Shown: positions 25,559-35,668, counted from the stretch's first letter. The stretch: 54,303 bases of DNA from an uncultured Gammaproteobacteria bacterium (GCA_964453605.1 CAYVOI010000002.1:1-54303); one strand, 5' to 3'. Notes: generated by a model from the sequence alone, not told the origin. Program-made: numbers and translations.

Positions 25559-27241
25559 ATGCCGAGCAAACCAAAACTCACCCTGGCCAGCGACAAGGTA
25601 ACAGAAAAATTCTCGAGCAAAATGCACGAGCTCGGAATTAAGGAACGCGAGCACGAGGTAAGCAAACATGCCCAAGCACTGGGGCTACCCTACGTAAACC
25701 TGCAGGGCTTTCCGGTGAGCCAAGAGACCCTGGCCCTCATGGCCGAGGCCGATGTGCGCCGGCTCCAGCTGGTACCAATTTTACAAGAGGGGAACGAGAT
25801 CCGCCTGGGGTGTTGTAACCCAGAGGCCGAGGGTATGGCAGACTACCTCAAAAGCTTGAAGCGCCGCAAACCCGGGGCCAACTTTGTGCTCTACCTTATC
25901 TCGCCCCATAGCCTAGAGGCAGTGCTTGAGCTCTATGGCCGGCTACCCAAAGTACGACCGATAACCTCGGGCGTGTCCCTGACTGAAGCCGACCTCAAGC
26001 GCTACCAGGGCGCCATGAAAAACTTTGCTGAAGTTAACGAGGTCCTGGGCAGCGCCAGCCTCACCGAACTCGTAGCTATTGTCATCAGTGGCGCGCTGGA
26101 GCTTAGGGCCTCGGACATCCACATTGAGGCTGAGCAAAAAACTATTACGGTCCGCTTCCGTATTGACGGCGTGCTCCACACCGTGGCCGAGCTGAAGCAC
26201 GAGCTCTGGGTACAAGTTGTCTCGCGCCTGAAACTCCTGGCTCACCTCAAGCTCAATGTAAGCTCCGAGCCACAAGACGGCCGTTTTACCATTAGCCTTA
26301 CGGGCGACACGGTCGATGTTCGCGTGTCCACCATCCCCACGGCTTGGGGCGAGTCAGTGGTTATGCGGCTGCTCCGCTCCTCTGCCACGGGCTTAGAGTT
26401 TGACGAACTAGGCTTGCGGGGTAGGGCCTACGAAGTGCTTAAGCGTGAGGTGGGACGCCCCAACGGCATGATTATGGCCACCGGCCCCACCGGCAGCGGT
26501 AAAACCACCACCCTCTACGCTATTTTGAATAAGCTCAACAACAGCGAAACAAAAATTATCACCCTGGAAGACCCGATTGAGTACAAGCTTAAGGGTGTAA
26601 ACCAGAGCCAAATAGACCACGAGGCAGGCTACGACTTTGCTAAAGGGCTGCGGGCGATACTCCGGCAAGACCCGGACGTAGTTATGGTTGGTGAAATTAG
26701 GGACTTTGAAACGGCTGACATTGCCGTGAACGCCGCACTCACCGGACACCTGGTTATTTCCACCATTCACACCAACTCAGCTGCCGGCGCCATTCCTCGC
26801 TTTCTGGCCATGGGGGTAAAGCCGTTCCTCTTGGCGCCAGCTTTAAACTGCATCATCGGCCAACGCCTAGTTAGGAAAATCTGCTCAGACTGCAAAGCAG
26901 AGGTTAAACTCAACGCCGACATGGCCAAACGCGCGCAAGAGCTGCTTAAAAACCTGCCCGCCCAAACAGGCTACAAGGCTAACCCAGCGGCAAACCACTT
27001 CTGGCGTGGCCAAGGCTGTGACAGTTGTGGCGGCCTTGGCTACAAAGGCCGCATCGGTATTTACGAGATTATGCCCCTCGGGCCAGAAATGGAACAGCTA
27101 CTCCTCTCTGGTGGTGCCACCGAGTATACTGTACAGGACCTAGCCGTTAAGCAAGGCATGGTCACCATGGCCCAAGACGGCCTGCTCAAAGCACTGGAGG
27201 GTATAACGACCGTGGAAGAGGTCTTCAAGGTAGCAGAGTAA
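25559..27241 (+). CDS. pilB: Type II secretion/type IV pilus assembly ATPase (GspE/PilB family)
   Basis: Walker A GPTGSGKTTT, Asp/His boxes, a tetracysteine motif (C..C...C..C) and the N-terminal GSPII domain. The start is taken at ATG 25559. Confidence 0.88.
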   Translation: MPSKPKLTLASDKVTEKFSSKMHELGIKEREHEVSKHAQALGLPYVNLQGFPVSQETLALMAEADVRRLQLVPILQEGNEIRLGCCNPEAEGMADYLKSLKRRKPGANFVLYLISPHSLEAVLELYGRLPKVRPITSGVSLTEADLKRYQGAMKNFAEVNEVLGSASLTELVAIVISGALELRASDIHIEAEQKTITVRFRIDGVLHTVAELKHELWVQVVSRLKLLAHLKLNVSSEPQDGRFTISLTGDTVDVRVSTIPTAWGESVVMRLLRSSATGLEFDELGLRGRAYEVLKREVGRPNGMIMATGPTGSGKTTTLYAILNKLNNSETKIITLEDPIEYKLKGVNQSQIDHEAGYDFAKGLRAILRQDPDVVMVGEIRDFETADIAVNAALTGHLVISTIHTNSAAGAIPRFLAMGVKPFLLAPALNCIIGQRLVRKICSDCKAEVKLNADMAKRAQELLKNLPAQTGYKANPAANHFWRGQGCDSCGGLGYKGRIGIYEIMPLGPEMEQLLLSGGATEYTVQDLAVKQGMVTMAQDGLLKALEGITTVEEVFKVAE

Positions 27242-27293
27242 AGAAACAGCCACCCCCAGGAATCGGAGATGGCTGCAAACGAGAGAGGCTGCT

Positions 27294-27536
27294 TCAGGCG
27301 TTCACTACGAACACCTTTTTACCCATGAGTTGGGCTTCCAGATCAGCTGGCAGATTAACGGGCGAGACGATGTTCTCAACCTTGCCATCTTCAGAGATGA
27401 CGACTTTCAGGTTGGGAAAACGTTCGGGGTCAATGGGTGCTTCTTGCGCACCCGATTCCAGCATGACCTTTACGACAGCTACCGCGTCGGATTGAAATGT
27501 TTCGGCGTAGGTCAGTTTACTCATTTCATTTTCCAT
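27294..27536 (-). CDS. Hypothetical 80-aa acidic protein
   Basis: ORF immediately downstream of the kinase-like gene on the same strand. No motif recognised. Confidence 0.5.
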   Translation of the reverse strand: MENEMSKLTYAETFQSDAVAVVKVMLESGAQEAPIDPERFPNLKVVISEDGKVENIVSPVNLPADLEAQLMGKKVFVVNA

Positions 27537-27576
27537 TTGTTGGGAAGGTTATTTTGCGTTATAAGATGCTAGCAAA

Positions 27577-28260
27577 TTAAACCTTGCTTGTCAAGTACTT
27601 CTGGAACTCAACTCTACACTCACGTAAACTCTGCCCGTCGTCCACGAATCTATCACGCTGACCACGAAGGGTGTGTGCTTCATTATACGGGTCTTCATCA
27701 CCGCCGGCGCGGGTAGCGTAGTTAAAGTCTATGAGCACAGGCTCGCAAGTCTCGTACTCCAGCATAATGTTCCTAAGGTGTAGGTCACGGTGGTGAATAC
27801 CATTGCTGTGGAGCGTGTTTACCTGCGTTTCGAGGCTGGCCCAGAAACGTTGAAAATCGAACCCAGGTGGTAAGTCTAACCCACCAACTATGATTTGTTC
27901 CAGGTTTTGCCCCTTGATGGTTTCCATTACCATAAACTGCTCTCCCTCTTCGGTCGTGAGAGAGAGGATTGGTTTTGGTACATGGACACCGAGTTTTAGG
28001 GCTTCAACCTGGTAGCGCATCTCTATGTCGATGTCATGGAGCAGATCAGGCGATGCATTATCCACTACCTGCTTAACACAGTAGTCCTGAAATCGCTCAT
28101 CATCCCCAAACACGCTTACCACTGCCGTGCGACCACTACCAATTTTCTCGGGGTTGTCGAGCACACGCTGTACGAGCTCATGCGCAATACGCACTGCCTC
28201 GCTGTCAGGACCTGCCTCAACAGCAAACTCTTCGTGTTCAATATGGAGCTCTCGGTGCAT
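27577..28260 (-). CDS. Small protein-kinase-like protein (RIO/Kdo-kinase-like fold)
   Basis: Gly-rich loop IGSGRTAVV, catalytic loop HHRDLHLRN, and IDFNYA (DFG-like). Confidence 0.7.
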   Translation of the reverse strand: MHRELHIEHEEFAVEAGPDSEAVRIAHELVQRVLDNPEKIGSGRTAVVSVFGDDERFQDYCVKQVVDNASPDLLHDIDIEMRYQVEALKLGVHVPKPILSLTTEEGEQFMVMETIKGQNLEQIIVGGLDLPPGFDFQRFWASLETQVNTLHSNGIHHRDLHLRNIMLEYETCEPVLIDFNYATRAGGDEDPYNEAHTLRGQRDRFVDDGQSLRECRVEFQKYLTSKV

Positions 28261-28313
28261 AGTTAATAATATACAATATCAGGATGTTACTACGCCGTCA
28301 AGAAGCATAGGTG

Positions 28314-30776
28314 CTACTTGGTTATTTGTCTAGAGTACTTAAAAATGATCGTGACATCAGGTAAATTAACCACCTTTCTTTCGTAATCACCCTCGTCAAT
28401 GATTTCACCTCCTACCGCCGGCATTACACGTGGGCTAATCTTTGTCTTACTGAATAGGCCAACAATCAGGTGTTCTTGTTCTTTGATTATTTGCTCAAAC
28501 TTAGAAGAACTAATAACACAATCTATTGGCACTTGATTGGAAAGGCCACTCTGAGAACGAAAATTTCTTATAGCGGCAATGATTTCCTGCATAAGTTTAA
28601 ATGCAAGTAATGCTACCCCATCTTCAATTTTTACACTGGATGGCCATCTTTGCACCATCAGAAATCCTGCACTCTCACCAAACGCTTCTTTCCACAGCAC
28701 CTCCGTGACAAAAGGTGTGTACGGGTGCCAGAGCTTGAGGAGGTTGGTGAGGAGGTACGAGAGCAGCTCGTCTTTTGCACCCTCAAGCTTAGCAACCTCG
28801 AGGTACCAGTCAGCCAGCTCATGCCAGGTAAAATCATACAGCGCTTCACCAGCTTCGGAGAATTGGTAGGTCTCGATTTTCTTGGTTACGAGGTCGATGA
28901 TAAACCGAAAGCGCGAGAGAACCCATCGGTCAGCCAAAGTCTTAGGTGCCGGCGGCGTGTCAGCCACCTTCACCTCACCAGCACTTAAGAAAATGTAGCG
29001 GCAAATGTTCCAGAGCTTATTGACGAAGTTACGGTAGCCGGCAATTTTCTCCTCATAGAGCCGAAAATCATTCCCCGGGGTAGTCCCGATGATCATGGAG
29101 AGCCTTAAGGCGTCGGCCCCATACTTCTCGATCATTTCTAATGGGTCAATACCGTTGCCCAGTGACTTTGACATTTTGCGGCCTTGCTTGTCGCGCACCA
29201 AACCGTGCAGGTACACGGTACGGAACGGCACCTGCTTTAAAACGTAGCTAGTCATGAGCACCATGCGTGCCACCCAGAAAAAGATTATATCGTACCCTGT
29301 TTCCATCACGCTCGTGGGGTGGAACGTTTTGAGCTCTGGGGTTTGCTCTGGCCAGCCTAAGGTAGTGAACGTCCACAAACTTGAAGAGAACCAGGTGTCT
29401 AAGGTGTCGTGGTCTTGCTCGAGTTTAGTGCCGTGACAATGCGGGCAGCTTGAAGGTACCTCAAGCGAAACCATCCACTTATTACACTGCGCGCACCTCC
29501 AAGCCGGAATACGATGCCCAAACCAAATCTGCCTGCTAATACACCAGTCGTGGAGGTTCTCCATCCACTGGAAGTAGGTTTTCTGAAATTTATCGGGGAT
29601 AATGTGTATAGCTCCACTGCGTACGGCGCGAAGCGCCAGGGCTTTCAGGGTGCTACGCCTAAACCAACCTTGCTTGAATGGTTTATCAACCGCCACAAAC
29701 CACTGTTCGCTTGGCATTGGTTCCACCGGCGTGCCACAGCGGTAGCACACTGAAAGGTTGTGGGTGTAGTTTTCGTCAATGTGGTCAAGCAAGCCCTTGC
29801 CCTCGAGCTCTTCCACAATCGCCACACGGGCTTGTTTTACATTGAGCCCAGCAAACTTGCCCGCGGCCTTGGTCAATTTGCCATCAGGCCCAATAATCTG
29901 CACCACCTCAAGGCCGTACTTTTGCGCCAGATCAAAATCCACAAAGCTGTGGGCTGGAGTTATAGTCATGGCTCCTGTGCCTGTACCCATCTCAGCTACT
30001 TTGTCAGCTATCACCCGGGCTTTCACCGTGCCGTCTATCCACGGTACATCGAACGTCTTTCCAATGTACTGCTTGTAGCGCGCATCGTCGGGGTGCACAA
30101 TGATAACCTTGTCTAGCACTTTTGTTTCCGGACGTGCCGTACCAATAACAATCGGGCCGTACTTGAGGTAGTAAAACTTTGCCTTTTGTTCCTTGTACTC
30201 CACCTCATCGTCCGCTAGCGTAGTGCCACAGCGGTAGCACCAGTTCACAATACGTACCCCACGGTAAATAAGCCCGTCCTGGTACAGCTTCACAAACACC
30301 TGTTGCACGGCGCGCGACAAGCCCTGGTCTAGGGTGTAGCGCTCCCTGGACCAATCACAACTGGCGCCCATAGCCCGAAGCTGGGTACGGATGGTGCCCT
30401 TAGACCCTTCCACAAACTCATTCACCTTACCCAAAAACTCCTCACGAGTGTAGTCGAACCTGGTTTTACCCTCTTCGGCTGTTAACTTTTTCTCCACCAC
30501 GTTCTGGGTGGCGATGGCGGCGTGGTCAGTGCCTGGTACCCAAAGCGTTCGCCGCCCCCGCAGGCGCCAGAACCTCACCATAAGGTCTTGGAGCGCCAAC
30601 ATGGTGGCGTGCCCCAGGTGCAAAATGCCGGTAGCATTTGGCGGCGGCATGCTAATGGAAAACGGCTCACCCGGAGCTTTCAGGTTATCGGGGTTAAAGT
30701 AACCCGAAGCCTCCCAAGCCTTGTAAACGGCCGACTCATACTGTTTGGCTTCGTACGTTTTGGCTAACTCTTTCAT
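28314..30776 (-). CDS. valS: Valine--tRNA ligase
   Basis: PPPNATGILHLGHA (HIGH), KMSKSLGN (KMSKS) and an editing domain. Length is consistent at 820 aa. Confidence 0.95.
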   Translation of the reverse strand: MKELAKTYEAKQYESAVYKAWEASGYFNPDNLKAPGEPFSISMPPPNATGILHLGHATMLALQDLMVRFWRLRGRRTLWVPGTDHAAIATQNVVEKKLTAEEGKTRFDYTREEFLGKVNEFVEGSKGTIRTQLRAMGASCDWSRERYTLDQGLSRAVQQVFVKLYQDGLIYRGVRIVNWCYRCGTTLADDEVEYKEQKAKFYYLKYGPIVIGTARPETKVLDKVIIVHPDDARYKQYIGKTFDVPWIDGTVKARVIADKVAEMGTGTGAMTITPAHSFVDFDLAQKYGLEVVQIIGPDGKLTKAAGKFAGLNVKQARVAIVEELEGKGLLDHIDENYTHNLSVCYRCGTPVEPMPSEQWFVAVDKPFKQGWFRRSTLKALALRAVRSGAIHIIPDKFQKTYFQWMENLHDWCISRQIWFGHRIPAWRCAQCNKWMVSLEVPSSCPHCHGTKLEQDHDTLDTWFSSSLWTFTTLGWPEQTPELKTFHPTSVMETGYDIIFFWVARMVLMTSYVLKQVPFRTVYLHGLVRDKQGRKMSKSLGNGIDPLEMIEKYGADALRLSMIIGTTPGNDFRLYEEKIAGYRNFVNKLWNICRYIFLSAGEVKVADTPPAPKTLADRWVLSRFRFIIDLVTKKIETYQFSEAGEALYDFTWHELADWYLEVAKLEGAKDELLSYLLTNLLKLWHPYTPFVTEVLWKEAFGESAGFLMVQRWPSSVKIEDGVALLAFKLMQEIIAAIRNFRSQSGLSNQVPIDCVISSSKFEQIIKEQEHLIVGLFSKTKISPRVMPAVGGEIIDEGDYERKVVNLPDVTIIFKYSRQITK

Positions 30777-31041
30777 ACCGTAAGTCTACGCGCTCTAAAT
30801 AAAAATCCCAAATACCTGAAACAGGTTTTGAGATAAGGTCCCGTAAAGTTTGCTACGCACACCACGGGAGGTACCACCTTATTTCCCCGTGGTCTCGTGA
30901 GGCGAGACTTTACGGGGCGCTTCATCTATACGCTGTGTCGGGCGAACCCCGGAGTGCTCTACTAACCCCGCTCGCGGCGGGAGGTTCTGCACTCAGCATG
31001 GGACATCTGATATCCCAGGTGCAGCGACATTACTCCGCACC
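30777..31041 (-). promoter_or_regulatory. T-box leader upstream of valS
   Basis: The minus strand contains AAGGTGGTACCTCCCG (the T-box core, revcomp of 30865-30880) inside an antiterminator-like helix, preceded by a long stem I-like region. Confidence 0.65.
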
Positions 31042-31047
31042 CTGTAA

Positions 31048-31076
31048 AGTTTAGCCGATACAAGTTACAACGTCAA
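31048..31076 (-). promoter_or_regulatory. Candidate promoter of the valS T-box leader
   Basis: The minus strand has TTGACG (31071-31076), a 17-nt spacer and TAAACT (31048-31053). Confidence 0.5.
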
Positions 31077-31101
31077 ACTATTGCTTTGCGCCGCAACCTT
31101 G

Positions 31102-31638
31102 TTAACGAAGCAGCTGCCATAGCCCCCAAATCAAACCTGCACCAACGGTGAAAAAGAAGATGAGCATTACCACGCCTGAAATAATGCCATGAACAAGTAT
31201 CAAACCAAAAGACCGCCAGCCAGAGATACTGTATAGGTCTTGCAAAAACTTAATCATTAACCATAAAACTCCTATGGCAAGGAATATTCTAACTACACTC
31301 AAAACGTTTTGACCCAAGCCAAGGCTGGCCAAGAGCAACAGAATCAAAATTTGGACTGCGACTAAACCAAAGTAATATCCCACGTATGAAAATGCCTTAA
31401 CGGCACTACGGTTTTGCCCACCTAACATTTTAGCAGTCAGCATCATGGTCAGCGCCAGAAACAACATCACCACAATGATCGCGGTGATGCTACCTAGGCC
31501 TGCTGCAAGCCGCCCACCCACAAGCGCAGAGATAAATAAAAAGAGCACAAAAAGAGCTGCACCTAAACCGCCTACCAGTCTATAGTTATGTAACAAAGTC
31601 GGGCGAGGAGTAGTGGGCGCAGAAAATGGTTGGTCCAT
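31102..31638 (-). CDS. Hypothetical 178-aa polytopic membrane protein (Yip1-like impression)
   Basis: Five hydrophobic segments. Confidence 0.65.
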   Translation of the reverse strand: MDQPFSAPTTPRPTLLHNYRLVGGLGAALFVLFLFISALVGGRLAAGLGSITAIIVVMLFLALTMMLTAKMLGGQNRSAVKAFSYVGYYFGLVAVQILILLLLASLGLGQNVLSVVRIFLAIGVLWLMIKFLQDLYSISGWRSFGLILVHGIISGVVMLIFFFTVGAGLIWGLWQLLR

Positions 31639-31754
31639 AAACTCTCTGTAATAATGGTTAAGTACAGCTTAAGCATAGCACTGGGGCCTATAGGGGTCAA
31701 TCAAAAAATCCCGCGACCCTGGGCGAGGGACGCGGGATTTCTTTTTTACACCAG

Positions 31755-32030
31755 TTACTTCAGGGCGTCTTTCAAAGCCTTGCCGGCTTTGAACTTCGGA
31801 ACGGTGACAGCGGGAATTTGCATCTTTTGCTCTGGGTGCTGGGGGTTGACACCCATGCGAGCAGCACGCTGCCGAGCCGAGAAGGTGCCAAAACCAGTAA
31901 TGGTAACCTCACCTCCGCTCTTCAGCGTGGTTACAACGGTGTCGGTCATGCAGTCTACCATGTCCTCCGCCTGCTTCTTGGTGACCTGCACCTTTTCCGC
32001 TATCTTCTCTATGAGTTCAGCTTTGTTCAT
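31755..32030 (-). CDS. hup: DNA-binding protein HU
   Basis: MNKAELIEKIAEK...GFGTF..R.R.AR.G.NP.T canonical sequence with an AAGGAGGTGA SD. The start is the internal Met at 32030. Confidence 0.92.
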   Translation of the reverse strand: MNKAELIEKIAEKVQVTKKQAEDMVDCMTDTVVTTLKSGGEVTITGFGTFSARQRAARMGVNPQHPEQKMQIPAVTVPKFKAGKALKDALK

Positions 32031-32187
32031 GATGTCACCTCCTTTGGCTATAGCTTGTGTTATATCAATGATTAATGGGTGCGGCGTGAGCTGACCTCCG
32101 CTGTCTCGCCCCGAAGTTCCGCCCGGGGCGGACACTTTTCGGGGTCACCTCCCCTCAAAGAGTTCTAAACACAGGGTAGCACAGACT

Positions 32188-32985
32188 TTAGGAAATGTGA
32201 ATGAAGTTAGTCAAGCGCTCGATTTTTGCCGCCTTGGCGAGGCCTGGGTCTAGGGTTATGAGCATGGCGGTAACCATAGCCGTGCCCACCTCAGCCGGCT
32301 CAAACCGAACCGGCCCGCCAGTTAAAAACCGTCCTAGAGAAAGTTCCGTCTTCACCCCCAGCACACTCTCGCGAATACCACACATGCCAATGTCGGTGAC
32401 GTAGGCCGTGCCTTTCGGCAGCACCCATTCGTCTGCGGTCGGAATGTGGGTGTGGGTGCCAAGCACTGCACTCACCCGACCGTCGAGGTGCCAGCCGAGC
32501 GCCACTTTTTCACTGGTGGCCTCAGCGTGAATGTCTACTACCACGCCCGCCACGTTCGGCTGATTTGTTTCTTCGAGAAGTTTGTCGATAGCTTCAAAGG
32601 GTGAACTAAACCCTTCGCGCATAAACACCTGGCCCATAGCGTGCACAAGCAGCAGTTCACGGCTCCCGACGTGGAGGCGCACTGAACCTACGCCTGGTGT
32701 GCCCGGCGGTGCGTTCAGTGGTCGCAGGAGTTTTACCGAAGTGTCGCCAAGCAGTGCCTGGCCTTCCGGCGTATCGAAAATGTGATCGCCCGAGGTAAAA
32801 GCGTCAAAGCCTAACCGTGCAAGCTCACCTAGGGTTTTAAGCGAAGCGCCTTTACCATGTGCCAGGTTGTCGACGTTACCAATGATGACGTCAGGGTTGT
32901 GCTGCTCCCGCCACTTTGGTAGCACGGAGCTCACAGCAGTCCGGCCCGCTCGAGCTACAATGTCGCCAAAGAAAAGAATTTTCAT
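32188..32985 (-). CDS. ymdB: YmdB-like 2',3'-cyclic-nucleotide phosphodiesterase (metallophosphoesterase)
   Basis: MKILFFGDIVARAGR... and GNVDNLAHGKG motifs. It lies directly downstream of rny, as in Bacillus. Confidence 0.85.
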   Translation of the reverse strand: MKILFFGDIVARAGRTAVSSVLPKWREQHNPDVIIGNVDNLAHGKGASLKTLGELARLGFDAFTSGDHIFDTPEGQALLGDTSVKLLRPLNAPPGTPGVGSVRLHVGSRELLLVHAMGQVFMREGFSSPFEAIDKLLEETNQPNVAGVVVDIHAEATSEKVALGWHLDGRVSAVLGTHTHIPTADEWVLPKGTAYVTDIGMCGIRESVLGVKTELSLGRFLTGGPVRFEPAEVGTAMVTAMLITLDPGLAKAAKIERLTNFIHIS

Positions 32986-33002
32986 GAGCGACAGAGAAGA
33001 AA

Positions 33003-34532
33003 TTAACGCGCGTACTCGATCACGCGAGTTTCGCGAATCACGTTCACCTTAATTTCGCCAGGGTACTTAAGCTCTTGCTCAATTTTATCGGCCACGGAAC
33101 GCGCGAGCTTGGTTGCTTGGTAGTCATCAATCTTGTCAGGCTGCACAAACACCCTGACCTCGCGACCAGCCTGAATAGCGTACACCTTCTCCACCCCCTC
33201 AAAGCCCGAGGCCACGTTCTCCAGCTCTTGCAAGCGCTGGAGGTAGTTCTCATAAGTGTCCTTACGAGCGCCTGGGCGGGCACCGGAAATAGCGTCAGCC
33301 ACCTTATTAATAAGGCCTTCTAGCGTCTTAGGCGAGTCCTCATGGTGGGCAATTGCTAGGTAGGCAACCTCCTCAGGTAGGCCAAACTTTTTCATGATAT
33401 CGTAGCCGATTTCTGAGTGCGTCCCTTGAATTTCGTGGTCCACGGCCTTACCAATGTCGTGGAGCAGACCGCCCTTGGTAGCCACTGGTACGTTGGCCTT
33501 GAGCTCCTCAGCTAAAATTTTAGAAAGCAGCGCTACCTCTTTGGAGTGCTGGAGCACGTTCTGCCCATAGCTGGTGCGGAACTTCAAGCGCCCCAAAAGC
33601 TGAATAAGTTTAGGGTCAAGTCCAGCGACGCCCACATCGTAAGCCGCTTCCTCGCCTGCCTTGCGCATGTCGTCGGCCATTTCGCGCTTGGCTTTTTCAA
33701 TGGCCTCTTCAATACGCCCAGGGTGAATGCGCCCGTCGGCAATGAGTGCCTCCAGCGCTCGCCTCGCCACGTGCCGCCTAATGGGGCTAAAGCCTGACAG
33801 CACAATAGCGCCTGGCGTTTCATCCACAATTATCTCCACTCCGGTCTGTTGTTCAATGGCTTTGATGTTCCTACCCTCTTTACCAATGATGCGCCCCTTC
33901 ATTTCGTCATTGGGGAGCGTCACGACCGTGGTGGTGGTTTCTACCACGTGGGAGGAGGCAATGCGCTCCATAGACGTGGCAATCATGGTACGAGCTCGAC
34001 GTTCAATTTCCTCGGTGCTGGCCTCTTCAAGCTTGCGAATGCGAACCGTGAGGTCTTCCTTTACCCGCTCCTCAGTGTTGACAAACAGCACGTTCTTAGC
34101 CTCCTCTTGGGTAAGGCCGGCTATTTTCTCGAGCTTCTGGAGCTGCTCCTCGCGAATCTTCTTCACCTCTTCGCGGGCAGCTTCAAACTTAGCCTTTTCC
34201 TCTTCGGCCTTTTGCTTCTGCCCCTCGAGCTCTAGGAGTTTCTGGTCAAAGACGCTCTCACGCTTCTCTAGGCGCTCTTGGAGATGGGCCACGTCCTTAC
34301 GACGCGTAGCCTCTTCTTGTTTAGCCTCCTCAATAACTTTTAAGGCCTGCTCCTTGGCGCGAATCTGAATATCCTTCTCCTCGTTCCGGGCTTGATTGAT
34401 GATGGCCGTGGCCTCGGCCTCGGCCGCGTCCTTACTCCGCACGGCCAAGAGCTTGCGGATAAGGTACCCCACCACCAACCCCACAATGAGGCTAACGGCT
34501 ATGAATATAGTAGTAAGCACAATAGCTGGCAT
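33003..34532 (-). CDS. rny: Ribonuclease Y
   Basis: N-terminal TM helix, coiled coil, KH domain (GRIIGKEGRNI) and HD domain (LLHDIGK). Confidence 0.94.
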   Translation of the reverse strand: MPAIVLTTIFIAVSLIVGLVVGYLIRKLLAVRSKDAAEAEATAIINQARNEEKDIQIRAKEQALKVIEEAKQEEATRRKDVAHLQERLEKRESVFDQKLLELEGQKQKAEEEKAKFEAAREEVKKIREEQLQKLEKIAGLTQEEAKNVLFVNTEERVKEDLTVRIRKLEEASTEEIERRARTMIATSMERIASSHVVETTTTVVTLPNDEMKGRIIGKEGRNIKAIEQQTGVEIIVDETPGAIVLSGFSPIRRHVARRALEALIADGRIHPGRIEEAIEKAKREMADDMRKAGEEAAYDVGVAGLDPKLIQLLGRLKFRTSYGQNVLQHSKEVALLSKILAEELKANVPVATKGGLLHDIGKAVDHEIQGTHSEIGYDIMKKFGLPEEVAYLAIAHHEDSPKTLEGLINKVADAISGARPGARKDTYENYLQRLQELENVASGFEGVEKVYAIQAGREVRVFVQPDKIDDYQATKLARSVADKIEQELKYPGEIKVNVIRETRVIEYAR

Positions 34533-34930
34533 AAAAACATTCCCCTATTGGTTGTGGGGGCAAGCAGATGACTCTTCAACTGTAGCGCACGTACTGAACT
34601 CGCCAAACACGCTCGAGGTACTCGAGCTTACTCTCAAACTTCTAGTCGTTTTGGCTTGGGCCCGACCTAGGGCAAAGTTCAAATACCATAGTGTATAGAA
34701 AACCGTATGTAGCGCTACAACCAAAAGGTACTGCTTGCAACCCGAAAACCCTTAATTGGTAACGCCTGGATTATAGCCTAAGCGGCTAAAAAAGGCAAAT
34801 GGAGCGCACCTCACAGTCCAAAACATTAATAAACGTAAGGGTGCTGGAGCGGAACCCCCTATCGAAAGCCTGCGTCAGGTATCGCCCAATCTACTCACTG
34901 GCCGATGGCTTTCTGGTGTGGGGCCTAAAG

Positions 34931-34956
34931 CAAAAACGCCCCGAAAACGGGGCGTT
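34931..34956 (-). terminator. Terminator of clpP
   Basis: On the minus strand, AACGCCCC-GTTTTC-GGGGCGTT is followed by TTTTG. Confidence 0.8.
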
Positions 34957-34973
34957 ACCAAAAAGCCAAGAGC

Positions 34974-35570
34974 CTAGTGTGAGGGCTTAATGATTTTGTC
35001 CACGATGCCGTACTTCAAAGCCTCCTCGGCCGTCATAAAGTTGTCACGGTCAGTGTCGCGCTCAATTTTCTCTAAGTTTTGTCCGGTGTGCTTGGCGAGA
35101 ATTTTGTTGAGCCGGTCCCTAAGCCTTAAAATGTGCTCGGCGCGAATCTTAATATCGGTAGCCTGACCCTCAGCCCCACCCATAATTTGGTGGATCATGA
35201 CCTCGGCGTTAGGGAGAATAAACCTCTTACCCTTTGTGCCGGCAGACAAAAGCACCGCGCCCATCGAGGCCGCAATGCCAACGCAAATGGTGGCCACGTC
35301 GCACTTTACGTACTGCATAGTGTCGTAAATCGCCATGCCGGAGGTTACGAGGCCACCCGGCGTATTGACGTAGAGTTTTATCTCTTTCTTTGGGTCCTGG
35401 CTTTCCAAAAACAAGAGCTGCGCAATAACAGCGTTAGCCAAGTTATCGTCAATAGGGTCCCCGAGAAAGATAATGCGCTCTTTGAGGAGCCGAGAGTAGA
35501 TGTCGTAGGCGCGCTCACCAAACTGCGACTTCTCTACCACCATGGGTATAAGGTTCATTTTGGTAGCCAT
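34974..35570 (-). CDS. clpP: ATP-dependent Clp protease proteolytic subunit
   Basis: [27 protein letters not shown] and MIHQ motifs (Ser-His-Asp triad context). Confidence 0.96.
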   Translation of the reverse strand: MATKMNLIPMVVEKSQFGERAYDIYSRLLKERIIFLGDPIDDNLANAVIAQLLFLESQDPKKEIKLYVNTPGGLVTSGMAIYDTMQYVKCDVATICVGIAASMGAVLLSAGTKGKRFILPNAEVMIHQIMGGAEGQATDIKIRAEHILRLRDRLNKILAKHTGQNLEKIERDTDRDNFMTAEEALKYGIVDKIIKPSH

Positions 35571-35579
35571 ACAAGGTTA

Positions 35580-35608
35580 ATTTTAAACCTTGGGAGGTAA
35601 AAAATCAA
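35580..35608 (-). promoter_or_regulatory. Candidate clpP promoter (near-leaderless)
   Basis: The minus strand has TTGATT (35603-35608), a 17-nt spacer and TAAAAT (35580-35585). The ATG is 9 nt after the -10 box. Confidence 0.45.
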
Positions 35609-35627
35609 GCCCTGGATTTTTAATATG

Positions 35628-35668
35628 AAAAAAAGAAAACCCTTTGCAGAAATGATTGCAAAGGGTTT
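35628..35668 (-). terminator. Terminator of the 207-aa ORF
   Basis: On the minus strand, AAACCCTTTGCA-8nt-TGCAAAGGGTTT is followed by TCTTTTTTT. Confidence 0.8.
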
